From: an uncultured Enterobacteriaceae bacterium
GTDB taxonomy: Bacteria; Myxococcota_A; UBA9042
Direction of reading: 5' to 3'
Assembly: GCA_964447285.1 (NCBI GenBank)
Contig: CAYURO010000013.1
Coordinates: 16,029 to 80,028 of the forward strand
Length of the DNA stretch: 64,000 nt
The position numbers and the translations under genes are program-made. Shown here piece by piece: positions 57,196 through 64,000 of the stretch (position 1 is the stretch's first letter; each line of letters begins with the position of its first letter). The notes under the pieces are model-generated. The model was not told where the DNA came from. It saw nothing but the letters and a program-made list of their open reading frames with translations, and made no database searches.

Positions 57196-59241
57196 ATGGC
57201 CAACCACTTCCCATCCCACGCTGTCCGATACGGTTTCGCGGTGACCCTTTTGGGTGCCTTTGCCTTGGCATCGCCTGCCACGGCTCGTCCCACCGCCTCC
57301 CCCCGCACCAGAATCTCTCGTGAGGTCCAAGACCTGGCTGCGGCCACGGCCAACCCTGACCCAGTCGTTCTGCAGCGACTGAGCCAGCGAGCCCGCGCCC
57401 GCTGGGATGGCGACCGGTTGGAGCTGCAGCTGCATCTGCGCCCCGGTGCCCGGCCTGAGTCGCTGACGGACACGTCGCTTGCGAAGTTCGGCGGGCGCGC
57501 GGGTGTGCGCGGCCTGGACATGATGGACGCCTGGCTGCCCCCGCAGCGGCTGCCGGCCTTTCTGCGGGCGCATCCCCAGGTCGCGTTTGCGCAATTGCCG
57601 TGGCGCGGCGTGCCGACGGTAGGACCGAACCAGAGCGAGGGAGCGACGATTCTGCGCCCCGCGCAGACTGAGTGCCTGGGAGGCGACGGTACGGGCGCGA
57701 CCGTGGCCATTCTGGATGCCGGATTCCAAGACCTGGACAAGTCGATGGCGGCGGGCGAGTTGCCAGAGGTGCTGGGCAACGTCGCCCAAACCGGCGGCGC
57801 CCATGGAACGATGTGCGCAGAGGTCGTGGCCGACGTCGCCCCCGGCGCACGCATCCTTCCCGTCATGGGTGGGTCGTTCTCTGCGGTCCAGAACCTGGCC
57901 AAGAAGATCGTCAACGGCAACCCCGACACCATCGAGATCGTCAGCCACTCCGTCATCTGGCTGGGCATGGGCTTCGGTCGACACGAAGGCCCCGCGTGCG
58001 CGGTGACCGACCTCGTGCGCGGTGCCGGCGTCGCTTGGGTCAACGCGGCGGGCAACAGCAGCGGCGGGCAGTTCTATAAGGCCAGGTTCGTCGACGACGA
58101 CAAAGACGGCCTGCACGACTTCCAACCCGGCGAGCCACATCTGATCTTCGTGCAGGGCCACGGCGGTGCCATCCAGCTGTCGCTCGACTGGGACGACTAC
58201 GAGCTGCGGACCCAGAACTTCGATTTGGTGCTCTATCGGCAGGGCGAGGGTGGCAAGTGGGAGCTCGTCGACGCGTCGCGCCATGAGCACGGCCCCTATC
58301 AACCGCCCTACGAGACCCTGCAGATCGACAACCCGGGGCCGGGGGTCTACGGCGCGGTTGTCGAGGCAAAAAAGGGAAGCAAGCAGGGAACTTGGCTGCG
58401 ACTCATCAACCTGGGCGGCGGGGGCAGCACGTTCTCGGTCTGGCACAACAACGGCAACGTGTACGACCCGGCCTCTTGCGACCACGTCCTGACGGTCGGC
58501 GCCATCTACCACGGCCACTACCACAAGGGTCCGCTGGAAGGCTACAGCTCGTACGGCCCCACCCCGGACGGCAGGTTGAAGCCCGAAGTGATGGCGCCGA
58601 CGGGTGTCAAGACGAGTCAGGGCGCCTTCTTCGGCACCTCAGCTGCTTGTCCACACGCGGCGGGGCTGCTGGCCGTCTACGCGAGATCGATGGGACTACC
58701 TGCGCTCGAGGCCCTGCCCTACATGGTCGCCGACGCCGTGCCCATGGGCGATGCCGACCCCGACGACTCCTACGGCAACGGGCGGCTGGTGTTGGGACTC
58801 TCTACGCTGGGCTGGCAGTGCGACGCCGGCATGGCCCCTCCCGATGACGCGACCTGCACCACCGCGTGCGGCACGGTCGGCAAGCCTGTTTGTGGAACCG
58901 GCTGCAGATGGTCCGAGTGCGCGCTGCCCCTGGAAGTCTGCAACGGCCTGGACGACGACTGCGACGGCCTGACCGACGAGCTGGAGACCTGCGCTGCGGC
59001 CCCCGACGCCGGCGACACGATCGACGACGCGACACCCGATGGCGACGGACTGGCGCAGGACTTGGCGGCCGAGACCACGCCCGTCGCGTCCACGGAGCCT
59101 GCGTTGACCGGCGGTGGCTGCCAGGCGACTCCCGCCGCACCCGTAAACGGCTTGTGGCTGCTGGGGATTCTGGCGCTTTGGTTGCTGATGCGGATGGGGC
59201 TGGTGCGTCCTGCGACGACTCGGGCCGCCGGAGCCTGCTAG
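57196..59241 (+). CDS. Subtilisin-like S8 serine peptidase with Cys-rich MopE-like motif and MYXO-CTERM-like tail
   Basis: Triad VAILDAGF, HGTMCA and FFGTSAACPH; AAGN oxyanion motif; CNGLDDDCDG; GGGC...hydrophobic C-terminus. Confidence 0.88.
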   Translation: MANHFPSHAVRYGFAVTLLGAFALASPATARPTASPRTRISREVQDLAAATANPDPVVLQRLSQRARARWDGDRLELQLHLRPGARPESLTDTSLAKFGGRAGVRGLDMMDAWLPPQRLPAFLRAHPQVAFAQLPWRGVPTVGPNQSEGATILRPAQTECLGGDGTGATVAILDAGFQDLDKSMAAGELPEVLGNVAQTGGAHGTMCAEVVADVAPGARILPVMGGSFSAVQNLAKKIVNGNPDTIEIVSHSVIWLGMGFGRHEGPACAVTDLVRGAGVAWVNAAGNSSGGQFYKARFVDDDKDGLHDFQPGEPHLIFVQGHGGAIQLSLDWDDYELRTQNFDLVLYRQGEGGKWELVDASRHEHGPYQPPYETLQIDNPGPGVYGAVVEAKKGSKQGTWLRLINLGGGGSTFSVWHNNGNVYDPASCDHVLTVGAIYHGHYHKGPLEGYSSYGPTPDGRLKPEVMAPTGVKTSQGAFFGTSAACPHAAGLLAVYARSMGLPALEALPYMVADAVPMGDADPDDSYGNGRLVLGLSTLGWQCDAGMAPPDDATCTTACGTVGKPVCGTGCRWSECALPLEVCNGLDDDCDGLTDELETCAAAPDAGDTIDDATPDGDGLAQDLAAETTPVASTEPALTGGGCQATPAAPVNGLWLLGILALWLLMRMGLVRPATTRAAGAC

Positions 59242-59282
59242 CGTCAGCTGCCGTCTTCCGGTGTGTCAGCAAGCCATCGAAA

Positions 59283-60125
59283 CTACCCCACCCACCGCGC
59301 AAATCCCCAGACGGCCAACCCCAGCAACACGGCGCCGACCACATACCAGACCAGCGCGTCGCGCTTGCGGTGGCTCGTCTGCAGCCTGAACATCACACTC
59401 ATGTCGCGAAGTAGCTGATCGTCGACGACTTTTCGCGTCTGTTGCGTCAGCGGCAGATCCAGCTTGGCGCTGGTCAGCGTGTCAGGCTTGGGTGCAGTCG
59501 ACGGCTGGGCGACTCGGTCAGGCAGTTCGGGCTCGAAGGACGGGTCATCGGACCAGAAGGAATTGGCCTTGCGCAATGGAGCGTTGGCCACTGGCGGATC
59601 GCTGCGCGCCGGCAAGGGAGCCAGCGGCCTGGTCGTTCGCACTGCTGCGGGCAGCACCGGGGCTAGCGACTCAGGGACGGCGGCGGAGGCAGGCTCGGCG
59701 AGCGGGGCGGCTGTCGTCGCGGCAACGGGAGCCGTGCCAGACTCAGGCGCAACCTCAGGGGCGGACAGGGTATCTGGCTCCGGCGGCGCTTCGGTCACCG
59801 TTGCCGAGTCAGGGAACGGCTCCAGATCGTGTTCGGCTGCGGCGGCGATGTAGGGGTCGTCCTCGAACCACTCGCCCTCGTCCTGCACGCCGGCCTCGAC
59901 CTCCGTCTCCGGCAGCGACGGCAACTCGTCCTCAGTCTTGTCCTCGTCGGTGAACAAAGGCTCAGGCGGCGAGGGGTCCAAAGTCGGCCACACGCGCCGC
60001 TTTTCGCGCTTCAGCAGCAGACGAGTGCCGCACGGGGGGCACTGCACCGGCAGCTCGGAGCGGCCCAGCCAACGCTGTCGACCGATGTCCGTGATCTCTT
60101 GGCAGATGGGACAGAGCAGGCGCAC
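59283..60125 (-). CDS. Zinc-ribbon domain protein with acidic/Pro-rich linker and C-terminal TM helix
   Basis: CPIC...CPPC zinc ribbon at the N-terminus, long disordered linker, single C-terminal TM. Confidence 0.7.
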   Translation of the reverse strand: MRLLCPICQEITDIGRQRWLGRSELPVQCPPCGTRLLLKREKRRVWPTLDPSPPEPLFTDEDKTEDELPSLPETEVEAGVQDEGEWFEDDPYIAAAAEHDLEPFPDSATVTEAPPEPDTLSAPEVAPESGTAPVAATTAAPLAEPASAAVPESLAPVLPAAVRTTRPLAPLPARSDPPVANAPLRKANSFWSDDPSFEPELPDRVAQPSTAPKPDTLTSAKLDLPLTQQTRKVVDDQLLRDMSVMFRLQTSHRKRDALVWYVVGAVLLGLAVWGFARWVG

Positions 60126-60170
60126 GCGATCCTCGGGGGGGGCGGGCCGAAAGCCCGGAGTTCCCAAGGT

Positions 60171-61265
60171 CTAACCGGAGACGGCGTTTTGTGCAACGGA
60201 CGAGCACGCTTCTGTGCCCATGCGACCGCCCTGCCCGCTTCCCACCACCCGGCCCAGCTGCTCGATGCGCCCGCGCAGACAGCCCGCGCAGGTCTCGGCG
60301 GTCTCGTGCAGGCACGCCTTGTCGGGATAGATGTCGTACTTCTCGCGGTAGTGCACGGGCGTCAGGTTGGGCATCACGACGTTGGCGCCGCGCGAGAGGC
60401 CGTCCTCGCGGCCGTGATCCGGGTCCAGAGTGGCCAAGGCCGTCGTGCTGGGAATGTTGGCTTGCGGACACAGGATCCGCGCGATCGCCACGGCCCTGCA
60501 GGTCATCGCTGCGGTCGACGGCACCTGCTGCGCGGGCTCCAGCGGCCCGAAGCCGGGGTCACCGCGTCCCAGCGGCGTATCCGGGTGCGGCAGGTACGGA
60601 CCGATGCCGATCATGTCGAGGTCCAGCTCGCGGAACAGCAGCAGATCGCCTGCCAGCGTGTCCCACGACTGTCCCGGGATGCCGACCATCACGCCGCTGC
60701 CGATCTCGTAGCCCAGCATCCGCAATCGCCGCAGCATCGCCACGCGGTCCGACGGCCGGCCGGGCAGCGAGGGGTGGATGCGCGCAAACAGGTGCGGGTC
60801 CGACGTCTCAAAGCGCAGCAGGTAGCGGTTGGCCCCCGCCTGTTTCCACAGCGCCAGCTCGTCGTCGTTGCGCTCTCCCAGACTCAACGTCACGGCCAGC
60901 GGCGCGCCCGACCCGGTCGGCAACGCCTTGATCCGCGTCACGATCTCGGCCACGTCTGGGGCGCGCAGGCCCGGATCCTCACCGGTCTGCAGCACCACGG
61001 TGCCATAGCCCAGTCGGATGCCCTGCCGCGCGCATTCGACGACCTCATCTGCCGACATTCGATAACGCGACAGGGGCTTGCGACCGCAGCGAAGACCGCA
61101 ATAGGCGCACGATCGCACGCAGTGGCTGGAAAGCTCGATCAGGCCGCGCAGGTGCACGGCTTCACCCACGCCCCGTTGGCGGGCGGTGTCGGCCAACGTC
61201 CAAAGCCGTTGCAGCTTCTCGGGATCTTCCTCGCGCAGCCAGGCGAGGATCTCGTCGCGGTTCAC
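60171..61265 (-). CDS. hydE: [FeFe]-hydrogenase H-cluster radical SAM maturase HydE
   Basis: RGLIELSSHCVRSCAYCG (Cx3Cx2C), RYLLRFETS, GANVVMPN, YDIYPDK, C-terminal Cx7Cx2C; GTGA overlap with hydF. Confidence 0.92.
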   Translation of the reverse strand: MNRDEILAWLREEDPEKLQRLWTLADTARQRGVGEAVHLRGLIELSSHCVRSCAYCGLRCGRKPLSRYRMSADEVVECARQGIRLGYGTVVLQTGEDPGLRAPDVAEIVTRIKALPTGSGAPLAVTLSLGERNDDELALWKQAGANRYLLRFETSDPHLFARIHPSLPGRPSDRVAMLRRLRMLGYEIGSGVMVGIPGQSWDTLAGDLLLFRELDLDMIGIGPYLPHPDTPLGRGDPGFGPLEPAQQVPSTAAMTCRAVAIARILCPQANIPSTTALATLDPDHGREDGLSRGANVVMPNLTPVHYREKYDIYPDKACLHETAETCAGCLRGRIEQLGRVVGSGQGGRMGTEACSSVAQNAVSG

Positions 61266-62521
61266 GCATCCACCTCTGCCGTCGCCGCCACTTCGGCCTT
61301 GGCCTTGTGATAGGCCGCCAGCGCCTCGGGGAATGGCCCCAACGCGCGGTCGAGGATCCCCAGGCTCCACGCGATGGTCATGCCGAAATTCGTCATCGCG
61401 ACGCCCTGTTGCTGGGCCCGCCACAGCTTGGCCCGCATCTCGCGCCGGTTCGCCATGCAGCCACCGCAGTGCACGACAGCACGCCAGGGCGTCAGGTCTT
61501 CGGGAAACTCGTGGCCGCGCTGGAAGTCATACCCCAGCTGCGCGCCGGTCTTCTTCTCCAGCCAGCGCGGGATCTTGACGCGGGCGATGTCGTCCTCGGT
61601 CGGGTGGTGGGTGCACGCCTCCGCCAGCAGCACACGGTCCCCGTTGCGCAGCCGCGCCAAGCCCGCCGTCCCCCGCGCCAGCTCGGTCAAGTCCGCCTGC
61701 ATCCTGGCAAACAGGATCGAGAACGAGGTCAGCGGCACCCCGGACGGCGTCGCGGCGGACACTTGGGCAAAGGCCTGCGAGTCCGTGACGACCAGCGCCG
61801 GGGGCTCCCGCAGGGCCGCCAACGCCTTGGGCAGCTCCGTGTCCTGGCACACGACCGAGATGGCGCGCTGGTCCAGCAGGTCTCGCACCGCCTGCGCTTG
61901 CGGCAGAATCAGTCGACCGCGGGGCGCTTCGCTATCGACCGGCATCACCAGCACCGCAACCTTGCCCGGTGGCACCAGGTCGGCCATCAGCACTTGCGAT
62001 TCGTAGAAATCCTGCGGCATCGCGTGAAACAGGGCTTCGCGCAGGCGGTCGATGCCCCACCCCTGCGACGCCGAGACCTCGACGACCGCCACTCCGCGGG
62101 ACCGCAGGTGACGCAGCAGCTTGGGGTCCGGCTCGCCCAGATCGATCTTGTTGAAGCAGACCACCGGCTGGATGCCGCGACGCACGACTTCGTCCAGCAG
62201 CGACGCCTCGTGGTCCGTCCAGACACGACCTTCCGCCACCACCAGCGCGATATCCACCCGCGCCAGCACCAGCCGCGACTTGTGTACGCGCTGCTGCCCG
62301 ACCGGCCCCTCATCGTCCAGACCGGCGGTGTCGATGAAGACGACCGGGCCCAAGGGCAGAAGTTCCATCGGCTTTTCGACGGGATCGGTGGTCGTACCCG
62401 CTTCGGGCGAGACGATGGCCAGGTCCTGACCGGTCAGCGCATTGAGCAGGCTGGACTTGCCGACGTTGCGGCGACCGAACAGGCCGATGGACAGACGCTG
62501 GGCCTTGGGCGTGGACCGCAT
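61262..62521 (-). CDS. hydF: [FeFe]-hydrogenase H-cluster maturation GTPase HydF
   Basis: GRRNVGKSS, GTTTDPV, DTAGLDD, NKID, GRLILPQ, EACTHH and HCGGC. Confidence 0.95.
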   Translation of the reverse strand: MRSTPKAQRLSIGLFGRRNVGKSSLLNALTGQDLAIVSPEAGTTTDPVEKPMELLPLGPVVFIDTAGLDDEGPVGQQRVHKSRLVLARVDIALVVAEGRVWTDHEASLLDEVVRRGIQPVVCFNKIDLGEPDPKLLRHLRSRGVAVVEVSASQGWGIDRLREALFHAMPQDFYESQVLMADLVPPGKVAVLVMPVDSEAPRGRLILPQAQAVRDLLDQRAISVVCQDTELPKALAALREPPALVVTDSQAFAQVSAATPSGVPLTSFSILFARMQADLTELARGTAGLARLRNGDRVLLAEACTHHPTEDDIARVKIPRWLEKKTGAQLGYDFQRGHEFPEDLTPWRAVVHCGGCMANRREMRAKLWRAQQQGVAMTNFGMTIAWSLGILDRALGPFPEALAAYHKAKAEVAATAEVDA

Positions 62522-62554
62522 CGAACCCCCCTGTGCCTGCTCAGCAACGCTCGC

Positions 62555-63955
62555 TCAGCAATAGACGTCGCGCTTGCCCTTTCGGACTGCGTCGACCATG
62601 CGCCGCGCCCTTTCGTGCACCTGCGGATCGTCGAGATTCGCCAGCACCTTGGCAATGGCGTTCTCTCCCACCGCTCGCTCTTCCGGGGTCGCGAAGTCCT
62701 CCAGGTACTCCTGAAAGGACGCGAGGCCATTGGGTTCGCAGTGCGTCTTGATGTCGCCCGGCTTGGCCAGGTCCATGAAGTCCGCGCCCGTGCGCCCCAT
62801 CCGATAACAGGCCGTGCAGAACGAGGGAATGTAGCCCAAACCGGCGATGTCCTGCACGACTTCGCGCAGGCTGCGGGTGTCGCCCAGCGAGAACTGCGCC
62901 CCGTCGTCCGGCCCTGCGTCGGCGTAGCCTCCCGGACTCGTGCGGCTGCCGGCCGAGATCTGCGACACGCCCAATGCAAAGGTCTCGTGTCGCATGGCGG
63001 CGCTCTCGCGGGTCGAGAGGATGATGCCGGTGTACGGCACCGCGATGCGCAACAGCGCGACGATCTTGCGGAAGTCCTGATCGCTCACGGCGTGCGGCGG
63101 CGCGCTGGCCAGATCTGAACCGTCGGCGGGCTCGATCCGCGGCACACTGATGGTGTGGGGACCGACGCCGAACGTCTGCTCCAGGTGCGCCGCGTGGGCC
63201 ATGACCGCCAGCAGCTCGAATCGCCAGTCGTACAGGCCGAACAGCGCACCGATGCCGCAGTCGTCGATGCCCGCCGTCATGGCCCGGTCGATGGCCGAGA
63301 GGCGGTAGTCGTAGTCGGCCTTGCGCCCGCGGATATGCATCTGTGCATAGGTCGGCCGGTGGTACGTTTCCTGAAAGAGCTGGAATGTGCCGATATTGGC
63401 GGCTTTCAGGCGCCGAAAATCGGGCACGCTCATGGGCGCGAGGTTCACGTTGACGCGACGGATGTTCGCCTTGCCATGCGCTGTCGCATAGACAGTCTGG
63501 ATGGCTTCGAGGGTGTGCTCGAAGTCGGCCGCCCGGTGCGTCTCTCCCGCCACGACCAGCAAGCGCTTGTGTCCCTCATCGACCAGTGCGCCGACCTCTG
63601 CCGCGATCTCGTCCTGGGTCAGCATCCGCCGGTGCAAGCCGGTGTTCGACGCGCGAAAGGCACAGTACAGGCACTCGTTGGCGCACAGGTTCGAGATGTA
63701 CAGCGGCGCGAACAGCACCATGCGGTTGCCGTAGATCTGCTGCTTGACCTGACGGGCGGTGTCGAAGAGTTCCTCGAGCAGGTCGGGGTCCCGCATGGCC
63801 ATCAGCGGCGGCAGGTCGTCGAACGAAAGCCCTTTCAGCTCGCGGGCCTTGGCCAGAATCTCGCGGATCCGCTGCGGGTCGTGGGTCGAAACTTGGGCAA
63901 GGGTGGCGTCGATAAGGGAGTGGTCGATGGTCGGAGCAGACTCGGTCAGGGGCAT
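62555..63955 (-). CDS. hydG: [FeFe]-hydrogenase H-cluster radical SAM maturase HydG
   Basis: FAPLYISNLCANECLYC, LFQETYH, GPHTISVPR, C-terminal PSFCTACYR...C (Cx2Cx22C). Confidence 0.95.
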   Translation of the reverse strand: MPLTESAPTIDHSLIDATLAQVSTHDPQRIREILAKARELKGLSFDDLPPLMAMRDPDLLEELFDTARQVKQQIYGNRMVLFAPLYISNLCANECLYCAFRASNTGLHRRMLTQDEIAAEVGALVDEGHKRLLVVAGETHRAADFEHTLEAIQTVYATAHGKANIRRVNVNLAPMSVPDFRRLKAANIGTFQLFQETYHRPTYAQMHIRGRKADYDYRLSAIDRAMTAGIDDCGIGALFGLYDWRFELLAVMAHAAHLEQTFGVGPHTISVPRIEPADGSDLASAPPHAVSDQDFRKIVALLRIAVPYTGIILSTRESAAMRHETFALGVSQISAGSRTSPGGYADAGPDDGAQFSLGDTRSLREVVQDIAGLGYIPSFCTACYRMGRTGADFMDLAKPGDIKTHCEPNGLASFQEYLEDFATPEERAVGENAIAKVLANLDDPQVHERARRMVDAVRKGKRDVYC

Positions 63956-64000
63956 CACACACCAAGGGGAATGAGGACTTGGGCGAGCCAAGGGGCCGTC

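Noticed and set aside
55500-58055. Long antisense ORFs (e.g. 851 aa here, 674 aa opposite bamA, 662 aa opposite the first fibre gene)
   Set aside because: These are typical stop-poor shadow frames of high-GC coding sequence with no recognisable motifs.
60171-61265. Biotin synthase BioB or PylB
   Set aside because: The YxxYxxK and C-terminal Cx7Cx2C motifs, plus coupling to hydF and hydG, identify HydE.
62555-63955. ThiH (thiazole biosynthesis)
   Set aside because: It has the C-terminal Cx2Cx22C auxiliary-cluster domain specific to HydG and sits next to hydF and hydE.

Overview
High-GC bacterial chromosome segment, most likely from a Myxococcota (deltaproteobacterial) genome. This is inferred from MYXO-CTERM-like sorting tails, Cys/Asp-rich thrombospondin-3/MopE-type surface proteins, sigma54 promoters and lysS-lolC/E-lolD-bamA synteny. 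Housekeeping content: bcp, an msrBA fusion, prolyl oligopeptidase, deoC, phhB, skp, bamA-lolD-lolC/E-lysS, tRNA-Pro(GGG), ppc, a complete trpR-like/trpEGDCFBA/DAHP synthase operon and the [FeFe]-hydrogenase maturases hydG-hydF-hydE. The most notable items are: (1) a compact redox module of a split CbcL-like nonaheme cytochrome c plus cytochrome b, an M56-like peptidase, a NarL-type regulator and a sensor kinase with its own CxxCH heme motif, with a candidate operator between the divergent units; (2) two paralogous secreted fibre-like proteins with a conserved stalk, phage-fibre-like repeats and divergent fibrinogen-like tips; (3) a DeoC with a putative microcompartment encapsulation peptide and a His/Cys-rich extension; (4) two consensus sigma54 promoters sharing an upstream enhancer-like motif and driving small unknown envelope proteins; (5) enteric-type trpCBA sequences with a candidate TrpR operator; (6) anaerobic hydrogenase maturation genes in a myxobacterium-like genome. 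No CRISPR array, IS element, integrase, prophage or rRNA was seen. All calls come from motif recognition by eye; no database searches were run.
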